A stretch of 64,000 nucleotides of DNA from Carpediemonas membranifera BICM (lineage: Eukaryota > Protista > Fornicata): contig JAHDYR010000007.1 of NCBI GenBank assembly GCA_019828565.1, forward strand, positions 605,333 to 669,332, in the 5' to 3' direction. Below the pieces are notes generated by a model. It did no database searches, was not told the DNA's origin, and saw nothing but the letters and a program-made list of their open reading frames with translations. Made by a program: the position numbers and the translations under genes. The stretch's first letter is position 1; the number at the start of each line of letters is the position of its first letter. Shown here one piece after another: positions 29,879 to 40,422 of the stretch.

Positions 29879-31525
29879 ATGGAATCAGAGCTCCCAGCAG
29901 AGACTGCAACCCCGCAATTCACCGATGATCAGCTGTTGCAATTCCTCATGCAGGAATTGGACTTCCGCCACTGCACCAAGACTCTCAAGGTCCTTCAGGA
30001 GGAGACGGAGTGCATCTACAACCCCGTTCAGCAATTTGGTGATATGACACGCTTAACAGCACTTCTTAACCTCGGCGCAATGGTCTCCCGCGAGATTCGC
30101 GAGGCCAGCCTTGATCGCACAGATCAAGCTGTGAGCAAGCTCCGCGAGCAGCTGGCCAACGTCGGTCTTCTCCCCAAGGCCGCCGTAGAAGTGCACAGTG
30201 AGGGCGACATCTGGGACGAGCTGCCAGACGCCGGCACTAATATCCGGTACCAGGAGGGCCTGGACGTCGCCGCCCTGTCGAGCCCCGAGGAGCAGCAGCT
30301 CGTCGACCTGGGCTATTACTCACCCATCCCACCGTCAGCTATTGTTGCCGGCACCCTGAACAAGCTTGTCGGCCGCCTGGCCCAGTCCGACGTGGACTCG
30401 TTCGAGGAGGCGCAGTACCAGACGGTCATCCTCAGGTCGTACCACCTCTGGTGCTCCCCTGCAACGCTGCTCGATAAGCTGATGCAGCGGTACGATGTGC
30501 CCTGGCCCACGGGTGTCGACGGCCTGCTCGAGCCCGACGTCTTTGAGCGCACGATCCAGCGCCCCATCCAACTCCGTGTTGTTAACTTCATCTCCAACTG
30601 GGTGACGTACTACTTCTCCGACTTCAACGACGCGCTGCTCGAGCGGCTATCTGCGTGGGCTGAGACGGTCGTTGGGCAGGACTCTATTCCCCTCACGAAT
30701 AAGCTGCGTGGCGCCATCGCCAGGCGCGTGGCCAAGCCGCTGAAGCGGGTGCTCACGGTCGCGGGGGACCACCCCTCGCCCCAGCTCCCGCCGGGCATAC
30801 CCGCGTCGAAGCTCACACTCGCGGACGTCCCCGCGGTCGAGCTCGCCCGACAGCTCGCGCTCATGGTGCACGAGAAGTACGCCGCTATCGAGACCACGGA
30901 GCTCCACAAGTGCGCGTGGCTCGAGTCCGACGCCCGAACCCTCGCCCCGAACGTCGTCGCCATGCAAGCCCTGTTCAACCATATTGCATCGGTCGTCTCG
31001 ACCGCTGTTGTCACTCCCGAGCGAGCAATCGCCAGGGCGCGTGCATACCAGTACTGGGCCGCCGTTGCGACGGAGCTGAGGGCGCTCCACTCCCTCGACG
31101 GGCTCAACGCGGTGCTTGCTGGCCTGTCGAACGCGGCGGTCTACAGGCTGAAGCAGACACTGCTGCAGGTGCCGAAGCGAGTGCTTGATTCAGTCAAAGA
31201 GCTCCAAGATTTGACAAATCCAAACGGATCATACAAGAACCTTCGTGCTGAAATCAAATCTGTTGGAGATCCAGTAACACCGTATCTTGGAATGTATCTG
31301 AGCGATCTGGCCTTCACGGAGGAGGCCAATACAGACCTAGACGACGGCCTGCTCAACCTGACTAAAGGCCGGCTGGTCTCCAACATCATCGGCGAGCTCG
31401 CCAGCCATCAGGGCTTCGGGTTCGCGCTGCTCGGAGTGGAGGCAGTGCAGGAGCTCATCGAGCGGGCCCCCGTGCTCACGGAGGAGGAGCTGGACGCCGC
31501 TTCGGCCGAGAGAGAAGGCCGGTGA
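29879..31525 (+). CDS. Ras guanine nucleotide exchange factor (LisH-like + REM + CDC25)
   Basis: AGTLNKLV, IQLRVVNFISNWV, ELARQL, PYLGMYLSDLAFTEE; N-terminal LLQFLMQEL...TLKVLQEE is LisH-like. Confidence 0.92.
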   Translation: MESELPAETATPQFTDDQLLQFLMQELDFRHCTKTLKVLQEETECIYNPVQQFGDMTRLTALLNLGAMVSREIREASLDRTDQAVSKLREQLANVGLLPKAAVEVHSEGDIWDELPDAGTNIRYQEGLDVAALSSPEEQQLVDLGYYSPIPPSAIVAGTLNKLVGRLAQSDVDSFEEAQYQTVILRSYHLWCSPATLLDKLMQRYDVPWPTGVDGLLEPDVFERTIQRPIQLRVVNFISNWVTYYFSDFNDALLERLSAWAETVVGQDSIPLTNKLRGAIARRVAKPLKRVLTVAGDHPSPQLPPGIPASKLTLADVPAVELARQLALMVHEKYAAIETTELHKCAWLESDARTLAPNVVAMQALFNHIASVVSTAVVTPERAIARARAYQYWAAVATELRALHSLDGLNAVLAGLSNAAVYRLKQTLLQVPKRVLDSVKELQDLTNPNGSYKNLRAEIKSVGDPVTPYLGMYLSDLAFTEEANTDLDDGLLNLTKGRLVSNIIGELASHQGFGFALLGVEAVQELIERAPVLTEEELDAASAEREGR

Positions 31526-31602
31526 GGAGGACTTGGCGTAGTTTGTATAGTAAATTCAGATCATCCTAATCTCCGAGTTTAAAGGAAGATTTACGATAAT
31601 AT

Positions 31603-33090
31603 TTAGCCCCTATGGTCTCTCCCGGCTCTCGCCACCGCCTTCTTAACCACCAGCGTGGGCGCGAGTTCGAGTAACCGGCACTTGGCGCCGTCCCACACCC
31701 GTTGCGGCACCGTGCGGTCCCTGAGGAGATCATCGCCAAAGAAGCTCTCGTTCCCACTGCTGTCGCCGGCACTGTTGATATTCCCGCTCACGTAAACGCC
31801 GTCGTTTCCTATGAAAAACGACACGCTCGTCCCGGGGCAAACATGCAGCAGCGACCCGCGGTGGACGGGCCCCAGGTGGCCAATGGACGCCTCCAGCTCG
31901 CCCACCCCCAGCTGAGCGTTGGAGTTGTCCCCCCTCGCGAACCATGCGCCGCCGTCGCTCTGAAGGAAGAGGGACCCGGGACCGAGGGTCACTTTGGCGA
32001 CGGTGAAGGGCACGCCGAGCTTGAGCGGGCCGGGTAGGACGGGTTGATCGGAGGGGAACTGCTTGCTCTTGTTGTTACCCGCGACGACGATGCGGCCGTT
32101 CGAGGCGAAGACGGTGGCGTGCCCCCGTGTAATCACACCGTCAACGGGGAACGGGAGCGGCTTGGGCGATGACAGGAAGGGGCAGGGGGGGAGGGCAAGC
32201 TGGCCATCCGGGTTAGACCCGCAGACGAAACACCGGGTGCCGACGAGGATGAAAGACGAGTAGTCGGACGACACGACCGAGGTCACCCTCATCCCCTCGG
32301 GCAGGGCGACCGGTGTAAGGACGTCGACGCTGCTCACACCCAGACAGATGCCGAGACAGCCGAAGAGGTTACACCCGCACGCGGAGAGGGTCTCTGGGCG
32401 TTGGGCGAAGGTCGACTGGTGGCCGGACCATATTTCAAGGATATCGGCAGAATCTGGGATCTCCTGAGGAACTACAAATGATTTTCTATTGCCACATATC
32501 GCCAATGCCCCATGATTGTTGCTACCCGAAGCAAACCACCCAGCCAAAGTGCGGAAAAACACTGCATGGGGGGCGACCGTCAGCTTAACCACGGTCCCCG
32601 CCACCTGGACCTTCATTGGCCTAGCTACCACTGGGTTGACCGTACCGACCCCCAGCCTGCCATGAGTATTCTTCCCCCACGCCCATATGCCGTTCGTGGT
32701 GAAGGCGAAGACGGCCTCATGACTTGCATGGACCCGAATGACCGGGGGGAGGCGGACCCACGACGGTGTCCTCACGAAGGGCTCGGTGGATCCGAGGCCG
32801 CACTGGCGGCCGACGTTGAAGCCCGAGAGGAAGAGGCGGCGCGTTGACGAGCAGAGGAGGATGTTTGTCCCGTCTGAAGCTAGTGTATAGGACATATCGC
32901 GCATGTTCTTCATGTACATGCACGTCTTTCGGCAGAGGAACTCGAGCTCTGGCCGTTGCCGGTGGGATAGAACAGTGGAGAGAACTGAGAGGGGCATCGA
33001 TAGGAGAGACGGCGTCGAATTCGGTGGAGGCGCCCGGCTGCGCCCTATTTTAATGCTGAATGGCGCTGCGATAGGGCATGGCGCGGTCAT
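31603..33090 (-). CDS. RCC1-repeat protein
   Basis: Repeated WGKNTHGRLG, SGSNNHGAL, CGCNLFGCLG, CGSNPDGQL, RGDNSNAQLG. Confidence 0.85.
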   Translation of the reverse strand: MTAPCPIAAPFSIKIGRSRAPPPNSTPSLLSMPLSVLSTVLSHRQRPELEFLCRKTCMYMKNMRDMSYTLASDGTNILLCSSTRRLFLSGFNVGRQCGLGSTEPFVRTPSWVRLPPVIRVHASHEAVFAFTTNGIWAWGKNTHGRLGVGTVNPVVARPMKVQVAGTVVKLTVAPHAVFFRTLAGWFASGSNNHGALAICGNRKSFVVPQEIPDSADILEIWSGHQSTFAQRPETLSACGCNLFGCLGICLGVSSVDVLTPVALPEGMRVTSVVSSDYSSFILVGTRCFVCGSNPDGQLALPPCPFLSSPKPLPFPVDGVITRGHATVFASNGRIVVAGNNKSKQFPSDQPVLPGPLKLGVPFTVAKVTLGPGSLFLQSDGGAWFARGDNSNAQLGVGELEASIGHLGPVHRGSLLHVCPGTSVSFFIGNDGVYVSGNINSAGDSSGNESFFGDDLLRDRTVPQRVWDGAKCRLLELAPTLVVKKAVARAGRDHRG

Positions 33091-33250
33091 TGCAGGTGCA
33101 GGTTTGGGTTGTTCGCCCTTCGTGAGGCGACATGCCACGCATCACCGCAAGGCCTGATCACCCGTGTCAGCGGATCGGTCAACCGCCCGATCAATCGCAC
33201 GCACCGTCCAGCTGAACACCAAAAAACTCTTTAAAGCAGAATACAAAAGC

Positions 33251-33857
33251 TTAAAGCACGAGGCAGCCGCCACCACTCTTCTTGGCGGGCTTGGTGGGGT
33301 TCTTGGCCTCCTCCTCGAGCACCTTGGTCGTCAGATCCATGAAGGTCTGCTCGACATTGATATCCTCCTTGGCAGAGGTCTCGATGAACAGGCAGCCGAA
33401 CTCCTCGGCAAGAGCCTTGCCCTCCTCATCGGAGACGGCGCGCTCCTCGTCGAGATCGGACTTATTGCCGACAAGGATGAGGGGAATTTCCTCACCGGCC
33501 TTCTCTTTGACTCGAAGGATCTGCTCGCGGAGGGTACGGCAGTCGTCGAAGGAGGCAGAGGACGTGATGGAGTAGACGAGGACGAAGCCATGGGCGTCAC
33601 GCATGTACTGGTCGCGGAGGGACGAGTACTCCTCCTGGCCCGCAGTGTCGAGGATGTCGAGGAGAATGGCCTCGCCATCGCATTCAACCTGCTTCTTGTA
33701 GAAGTCCTACGTGAGAAAACTAACTTGGAAGAAGGCAAACCTGGATTGTTGGGTCGTATTTGGCGACGAACTTGCCCTTCACGAACCTGACAGTCATAGC
33801 ACTCTTACCAACACCACCGGATCCCATAACAACTACCTTTGCGGACGAAATCGCCAT
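33251..33857 (-). CDS. Ras/Rap-family small GTPase (two exons)
   Basis: Spliced: [14 protein letters not shown]|D, DTAGQEE, NKSD, ETSAK, C-terminal CAAX CLVL; intron 33707-33740. Confidence 0.95.
33707..33740 (-). other. 34-nt spliceosomal intron in the Ras gene
   Basis: GTTTGC...TTCTCACGTAG; removal restores YDPTIQ-DFYKKQV. Confidence 0.92.
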
Positions 33858-34070
33858 CGTTTCGGTTTGTCTTTCGCTGTTTCGTCTCAGTCGGTCAGAG
33901 TCGTTGAGTGTGTCATAAAGTCAAAATCACGATGACACGCAGGTGACTCAAAACCGGCCCTCGCATCCAGCTAGACTCCTATTGTTGTTTCGCCATTCGA
34001 TTGATGCCGATGAGTGCTTTTGATTCGCGACTTCCCGACTTGATTCGAGTTTTTTCCACTTTTACAAAGC

Positions 34071-36422
34071 TCAGGCGTGGACTCTCTCGACAAAAAGATC
34101 AGGCCCGTACTGCACAGATTTCCCAAATGGCCGGACCCAGCCGGGGAGCCGGGCCAGCAGCTCGTCCATGGCGGGGGGAATCACTGGTGACCTCGAATAC
34201 AGGGATACAGTTACCTCGCCATAAATGGAGTCGAGCTCGACCTCGAAGGTCACAATTGACCCAGCAGCACCCACATGCATCAGTGTCTTGGCTTCATCGG
34301 CTGGCAGTGTCCCGACGTAGCTCTCATCAAGTGACGTCCTAAGAACTGCCGACTCGGTCGGAGTTAGAATCAGGCCCCAGCGAGCGTTGACGGAGTTGGA
34401 GGCCGTCGTGTCAACAACGATGGTGACGATCTTGTGCCCGCTGACGAGATCAGTGGCGACCTTGAGCTCTGGCGGGATGAAGGTCGACGGGGCCGTGGGG
34501 ACGACGTCCAGGGCAGCAGTGTGGAGCGGTCTCTTTGATTCAATCAAAAGATCACAGACATCAGACTTAGTGAACGCTATCCCTAGGGACTGGAACAGGG
34601 GAACGTAAATCTCGTCAACGTCGGTGAGTCGCATGGAGCACAGCTGGACCGTGTCGACGTCATCCTCTCTATAGTGCCCCATGAGGACGGTGGCCGGCCG
34701 GGCATCGCTGTACTTGAAGGGGGTGAAGGTGAAGCAGCCTAAGAGGCACAGGAGTGCTGCGAGGGCCAGGGCGGGCTTGGGCTTGAGGAACAATAGGGCG
34801 GGTACGAGCGAGAGGATGGGCAGGGCAGTCAGTAAGGGGATGAGAGCTGACACAATCAAGTCGGCCTTGACTTCATAGAGGCCAATGCAACCGAACGACT
34901 CGATGACGAGGTCAAAGAGCACGTTATGGACTAGCACAAACGAGACGAGGGTCGCCAACACGTTTCCATACCCAGTGACCGCCGGTACGGCAAGGGCTAA
35001 GGCAGGGAGGAGGAACAGAAGGGCCGTAGCCATGTGGAGTCGGGCGCATAGGGCCGCGACGAGGGAGAAGCCCAGCCCGGCTACGGAAGTCATCAGCCTG
35101 AGGTGGCCACGGGTGACATGGCGAGGGCGGACAAGGCCCACGACCAGTGTCACGGGGCCGAGGAGGGTGGTGGTGGCGGTGAGGACGAAAGAGGGGCGGA
35201 GATACCAGGAGAGCCGGAGCATGGGGCGAGTTGAGAGGTACACGAGGAGAGCACCGGTCAGCGCGGTGGAGAGTAACACGGCAAGGGCCACGCCGAACGC
35301 CCATACGGTCTTCTTCCAGTTTGAACTCATCAAATTGTGCAGGATAATGGCAATGTGCACCGAGAACGCGCCGACAGTCAACAGAGAGGCGAATCCCCAC
35401 GGGAGCAGGACGAACATGCCCAAGGCAGATTCATACGGTGCCGATGGGTCGGCTGTCGTCTTGGCCTTGGTAGAATCCGAGCAGTGGGACTTGAGGAGTT
35501 CGAGCACAGTGGCGCCCACGGCCGCCACGGATCCAGCGCTCGTCATGGCTGCGCTGTCGTCGCGGGTGTGGTAGATGTACCCATTCTTGAGCATGACAGC
35601 GTCGAGGGTGGCTAGGCCGGCCTTGCGGTACTGTGACGTGTCAGTATCAGATGAAATCACTCCAGAGGTAAATATATCGTGCGCCAACCCGTGCCCGTTG
35701 ATCGGGGCGAGCGGGGTGACCCCCCTAAAGGGCCGCAGATGGCCGACGCTCGCCTTGCTCTGGGCGGTCAGATGGGGTCGACCCCCAGCACCCATCGCCT
35801 CGAGGTTGAAAACCACAGAGACGTTGGCCACAAGCGGGCTAGTGCGGACGAGATGAGAGCCCTCGAGGCCGGTCTCTTCGGCCGAGAGCATCGTAAAAAC
35901 GAGCCCGTCTTTGCCTACGAGGCTGGGGTTGGCGGCTACAGTGCGGAGTGTCTCAAGAATCGTCAGGGACTGTACCAGGTCGTCGCTGGACCCCGTGGAG
36001 TTGTAGTGCGAGTCAAAGTGGGCGGACAGCATAAGGGCGTTCTGGCAGGCATTGGCCAAGGCCGGGTTGTGAACGGTTACAACAATGGCCTCCATGTCGC
36101 TGTAGCAGTTGGACATGTCGTCGTCAAGGGACCCATCCGCGATGCCGGATCCGACGAGATGGTGGGTCTCAATGACAAGAACGTTCGACGTGGGGATGTT
36201 GGCGAGGAAGAAATCGACTGCAACGCGCCAGCTCGGTGTTCCCCACTCACGAGGCTTGTCGAAGCTCTGGAGCTGGCCCATGACTCGCTCGGCGTCGAAG
36301 CCAAAGGTGGCAACGCTTTGCTGGGCATGCTGTATGGCCAGATCGTCCATAAGTGTAAACAAGCGGCCAATAAAGAGGCAATACAGCAGAATACCGCTCA
36401 GCAGCAGCAAAAATGCCCTCAT
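34071..36422 (-). CDS. M28-family membrane metallopeptidase (ERMP1/FXNA-like)
   Basis: SAHFDS, GSSDD, AEETGL, NLEAMGAGG, SDTD, YHTRDD, then multiple TM helices. Confidence 0.9.
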   Translation of the reverse strand: MRAFLLLLSGILLYCLFIGRLFTLMDDLAIQHAQQSVATFGFDAERVMGQLQSFDKPREWGTPSWRVAVDFFLANIPTSNVLVIETHHLVGSGIADGSLDDDMSNCYSDMEAIVVTVHNPALANACQNALMLSAHFDSHYNSTGSSDDLVQSLTILETLRTVAANPSLVGKDGLVFTMLSAEETGLEGSHLVRTSPLVANVSVVFNLEAMGAGGRPHLTAQSKASVGHLRPFRGVTPLAPINGHGLAHDIFTSGVISSDTDTSQYRKAGLATLDAVMLKNGYIYHTRDDSAAMTSAGSVAAVGATVLELLKSHCSDSTKAKTTADPSAPYESALGMFVLLPWGFASLLTVGAFSVHIAIILHNLMSSNWKKTVWAFGVALAVLLSTALTGALLVYLSTRPMLRLSWYLRPSFVLTATTTLLGPVTLVVGLVRPRHVTRGHLRLMTSVAGLGFSLVAALCARLHMATALLFLLPALALAVPAVTGYGNVLATLVSFVLVHNVLFDLVIESFGCIGLYEVKADLIVSALIPLLTALPILSLVPALLFLKPKPALALAALLCLLGCFTFTPFKYSDARPATVLMGHYREDDVDTVQLCSMRLTDVDEIYVPLFQSLGIAFTKSDVCDLLIESKRPLHTAALDVVPTAPSTFIPPELKVATDLVSGHKIVTIVVDTTASNSVNARWGLILTPTESAVLRTSLDESYVGTLPADEAKTLMHVGAAGSIVTFEVELDSIYGEVTVSLYSRSPVIPPAMDELLARLPGWVRPFGKSVQYGPDLFVERVHA

Positions 36423-36516
36423 ACTGGCTCAGTTGAATGCGATTGGAGCCATGAAACATGTCACCGCATAAAGCATAAATCGCGCCGGATTTACGTAAAT
36501 TACACTCACCCTCCCT

Positions 36517-37158
36517 TCACGAGTCGAGTGACTCACTCCTTGGCCCGGGTCTGGTGCACAGGTACACGTGCAGCTTTGTGGAACGCACGACAACGTCCGG
36601 CCCGGGCTGGGCCTTGACCTCCTTGTGCCTGACCTCCCACGGCAGGTGCACCGTCGAAAGGTGGTTCATACGCTGTTCAGGCGGGGCTTGTGAGATTGAG
36701 ATGAAGAACCCGTTGGGCTTGAGGACTCGGTAGACCTCCTGGAGTGTCGCGGAGGCTCGTACGAAGGAGTCGCTCCCGCACAGGACAGAATCGAGCGTCC
36801 CCTTGTCTATAACCACGTCGAACGTCTCTGAGGGGTAGTACAAGTGCGTTGTGTCCATCACGCTGTGCTCTACAGTTCGCCCTTCTGCTCTGTTGGCCGC
36901 TTTCGTCACGGCGGTGTGAGAGAAGTCGATGCACGTCAAGTTATGAAATCCCTTGTCGAAGAGAAGCCGAGCTAACGCCGAAAGACCGCAGCCAAGGTCC
37001 AGGATCTCGCTCTCTGGACGAAAGAACGGGTGCACAAGCTCATAAGCATCTTCCGCGGAAAGAAGCCACTCGTCAGCAGTATTCTTCATCTTTGAGAACC
37101 TATCATCCCAGTATGCCTTCTTGGAATGGTCAAGTTCTTTGCTGGGGTTAGTGTCCAT
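36517..37158 (-). CDS. Class I SAM-dependent methyltransferase (EEF1AKMT4/METTL13-like)
   Basis: YWDDRF, ILDLGCGLS, IDFS, DVVIDKGTLDSVLCG. Confidence 0.88.
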   Translation of the reverse strand: MDTNPSKELDHSKKAYWDDRFSKMKNTADEWLLSAEDAYELVHPFFRPESEILDLGCGLSALARLLFDKGFHNLTCIDFSHTAVTKAANRAEGRTVEHSVMDTTHLYYPSETFDVVIDKGTLDSVLCGSDSFVRASATLQEVYRVLKPNGFFISISQAPPEQRMNHLSTVHLPWEVRHKEVKAQPGPDVVVRSTKLHVYLCTRPGPRSESLDS

Positions 37159-37300
37159 CCATGCGCAAATCCGGCAGAACCCTACTTTTGACGTCTGGAG
37201 CCAGTGAGTCCAGCGTATGCGTATCAGCTACGTCATACAGCGCGTGCTGCTCGTCTCTACTCGCTCGAACGAAGCGCTATGAATTTATGAAGAATAACGC

Positions 37301-37675
37301 TCACCCGCGCTCCTTGTTACGGAAAATGGTCAAGTTGGACTGGAGCGGACCGATGGACTTGTCCAAGTCCTCCTTCTGCTTGATAATGGTGTCGATCAGG
37401 CCATCGAACGCAAAATCTTCGGGCAGAGCAGTGAGGCTATGACGATAGCGCTGGTGTATAGGTCTGAAAGTCAACGCGCCGTCTGCTTTCGCAATAAAGA
37501 ACAGAACGTGCGCGTTGTGGATCGGGACAGGGTTTTCTGGTGAAGGCTTGAAGAAAGTGACGTCGTAGGCATCCTGGTCCTTGAGAGTGGTCTTTCCGGA
37601 CTCAATGCGGTATGAATAGGTCACATTCCAGGCCTTGATCCTCTCCTCAATTGTATTCTTGTGTTCTTCGTTCAT
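37301..37675 (-). CDS. Small conserved-looking protein, possibly AKAP14/AKAP28-like (ciliary)
   Basis: 124-aa ORF; YDVTFFKPSPENPVPIHNAHVLFFI and LIDTIIKQK loosely recall AKAP14. Family call is tentative. Confidence 0.45.
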   Translation of the reverse strand: MNEEHKNTIEERIKAWNVTYSYRIESGKTTLKDQDAYDVTFFKPSPENPVPIHNAHVLFFIAKADGALTFRPIHQRYRHSLTALPEDFAFDGLIDTIIKQKEDLDKSIGPLQSNLTIFRNKERG

Positions 37676-37866
37676 GATGATCTGTGTTGGAGGCAAAACT
37701 GCGGGGTCCCGAGCGCAGTTGTCGGGCCGCCAGCCGCGAAACCCGAATAGGACCGGCAGCAGTACACAACAGCCCTGTACGCGGCCTTGCCACCGCTCCA
37801 GCCCCAGCCTTGACATCATCCTTTATGTACATGGGTCAAACAGGGGAAATATACACCCCTCGCTCT

Positions 37867-40029
37867 CTAAAACAGGTCTGCGGGGAACAGCCACCGCCTA
37901 AACGCCCCCGACGGGTCCTCCACGGTCTCCTTCGTCCAGGAGGGCACCGCCTCCACACGAGACAAAAGACGCGTCACACAAATGTAAAATGTAAACAGCG
38001 CAAGTAATTCACTCGGCTGCGAGTTGTATGGCGCGCATAGCCGCTCAAGAGGCGTCACAGCGATGTTGAAGTGCAGCAGGCGGGCAAGGGTCAGCGGCGT
38101 GAGCTCGTTCACAGTATGCCGCGCCTTCTCCTCGAGTGCAAGGAGCGCGCTCGTGTCCACGTGCGGCGACAGTGAGGGGAGGGCGTCATGGCACCGGCAC
38201 AGCAGCAACCCCGCCGCGTTCGCCGCGACCTGGCCAAGCTTTAGCCCTGTCGCGTCGGACGGCGCTGAAATCGGCCGGGACGCCCTGCGTGGGTCGACCA
38301 ACGCCCTGGTGACGACGCTGAGGGCGAGCAGGCTGACGGGGAGGGGCTGGGAGGCGAAGTGCTCCATGGCGGTCACGGCGTCGTCGATGATGGATGAGTC
38401 GAGGATCGGGCCCGATACGGAAAACTTCGTGTCATCGGAATCAGATTCACCGTCTATGTCTGCAGATTTGACTCTATCGACGTCGAACTCGTCCCACAGC
38501 TGCAGACCGCACTGGTGGAGGATCTCAACATCGGCGCAGATATGCATCTGGACCATCGAGAGCACGAGATACCCGACCATCAACTCCCTTGGATCAGAGT
38601 GGGCTTTGAGACAATCTCTGAACGCCTGGTGCACCTGGTGGAAGGAGGGGGCGTCATCACCAGCTAGGAAGGCGTCCAGCTGGCCCAGGACCATGTCCGA
38701 GAAGACAGCATGCTCCTCCTGGGGCAGCTCTAGGTTCGGTTGGGTTGGGGGTAGCAGCAGGTGCACGAGGTGCCGGACCAGTGTCGCGTGCGACGGTTGG
38801 TCGAACGACTCGAGGATCTGGGCGATGAATTGGAGGGCGGGCACCCTGTTGGGGGGCCCGACGAGGAGCTGGGTGACGACCGGGTTGACGCAGACCTCGG
38901 TGAAGATACGGACGAAGGCGGGCATCATCTGGGGAATGGGGACGGAGGCGAGGTCCGCGAGGTACGCCAGCCAGTCCTGCACCTCGTCAACGTCGTAGTT
39001 CTTGAGAATCGTGCGTATGTGATGGCAGACGGCTGACAGGAAGGGCACCATGGTCTTCTCGACAAAGAAGGCCTTGATAGCGTCGTGGTCGAGACGGAGG
39101 AGCCGGAGTGTTATCACACGGACCCCGATCCTAATCATTTGATCAGGGTGCCGGAAATAGCGGATCGCCTCAGTCAAGAGCGGGAAGTCCGTGACAATCT
39201 CGACGGCAGGCGGCTGTTGCGTGGTAGTCGGGGTGGCCGGGTGGGTCTGGGGCTGCGTGCTCACCCGGTTGAACAGCACCAGGGGTACCATGTCGGCCTG
39301 GAGGCGGATAGCGATCATCTTTAGCAGCGATACGTAGTAGGAGACGAGGTCGTCGTTCGCGAAGAGGGCGGGGGAGGACAGGATGTTGTTGATGTACCCA
39401 CCGTTGCTCAACAGCGAGTAGATGCTCGTCGGCTGCTGCAGGCCGGTGAACAGCATCGCCAGTGTCACCAGGCACTGCTCCTTGAGCCGCATGAGACTGG
39501 CCTCAGTGCACATGATCGAGAGGGCAGGCAGGGGCTCCATGGTCTCGGCGGAGACCATCTTAGCCAGCCTCTCGCCCGTGTTCCAGTGCCGGGCCCGGAC
39601 CTCCGAGGAGGGCGGGGGAGACTGGGCGATACGGGCGTCTATCTGGCCCTGGGGCGTGCGAAGGGAGTTCATCCGGGCCCGCTTGACGTGGGAAGCGCCT
39701 GTGGGGGTGGCTAACCTGGGTCCAGGGTGCGGGGAGGTCATCACGCGGGTGTTTCTCGCAACAGGGGCGACGTTCGCAGAAGGAACGTAGAGCGTGGCAG
39801 GATCCTTCGTCAGAATGAAGGCTATGTACTCTCTGAACCCAAACTCATCATTCATGGCGTCTGTATCGGCTTCTTTCTCAAGTTGAACAAGCGTTTCACC
39901 AACATCACGAAGGGCGTCAGCGATAACCGGAACATTCTTGTCTACGATCTTTGAATTGTGCACTAAGATATCATGTAGCTGTTTCAGGCGCGCTTTAGCC
40001 GATTTTGCCTTGCCTCTCCGACGCCACAT
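37867..40029 (-). CDS. CLEC16A: CLEC16A/gop-1/TT9 family FPL-domain protein
   Basis: TSIYSLLSNGGYINNIL, VSYYVSLLKMI, DFPLLTEAIRYFRHPDQMIRIGVRVITL. Confidence 0.85.
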   Translation of the reverse strand: MWRRRGKAKSAKARLKQLHDILVHNSKIVDKNVPVIADALRDVGETLVQLEKEADTDAMNDEFGFREYIAFILTKDPATLYVPSANVAPVARNTRVMTSPHPGPRLATPTGASHVKRARMNSLRTPQGQIDARIAQSPPPSSEVRARHWNTGERLAKMVSAETMEPLPALSIMCTEASLMRLKEQCLVTLAMLFTGLQQPTSIYSLLSNGGYINNILSSPALFANDDLVSYYVSLLKMIAIRLQADMVPLVLFNRVSTQPQTHPATPTTTQQPPAVEIVTDFPLLTEAIRYFRHPDQMIRIGVRVITLRLLRLDHDAIKAFFVEKTMVPFLSAVCHHIRTILKNYDVDEVQDWLAYLADLASVPIPQMMPAFVRIFTEVCVNPVVTQLLVGPPNRVPALQFIAQILESFDQPSHATLVRHLVHLLLPPTQPNLELPQEEHAVFSDMVLGQLDAFLAGDDAPSFHQVHQAFRDCLKAHSDPRELMVGYLVLSMVQMHICADVEILHQCGLQLWDEFDVDRVKSADIDGESDSDDTKFSVSGPILDSSIIDDAVTAMEHFASQPLPVSLLALSVVTRALVDPRRASRPISAPSDATGLKLGQVAANAAGLLLCRCHDALPSLSPHVDTSALLALEEKARHTVNELTPLTLARLLHFNIAVTPLERLCAPYNSQPSELLALFTFYICVTRLLSRVEAVPSWTKETVEDPSGAFRRWLFPADLF

Positions 40030-40422
40030 CCTGTTTGCAGGTGCGATAAAATGCGAAGTCCACCTGAGGTCATCTAGTGGGTTATAGGGCTTCAGGCGGT
40101 AGTCACAGCTTCAGGCGTGCATGCATGATGGTATGCTTGCGTTGACTCTTGCGCAGGTCGGACAGAACTGGCACAACTGACTAGCCGTGCGGGGGCGTCT
40201 GGGGGCGTATCATGGTGAGCCAGACACATCACATCAGTGCGCGCTGTTTATTGGTCTTTGAAAGTCATGTCGGGGTCGGTCAACACAGGTGTTGGAGCGA
40301 AGGTGGAGCATGACCGAGCGAGGGGGAAGTTGCCCAGCGATAGCAATTCGCCACAAATGACTAAACTGATCCATTCCACATCCCCTGATTGCTGGCACCA
40401 ATCTCCTGGCTCCTGTTATGGA

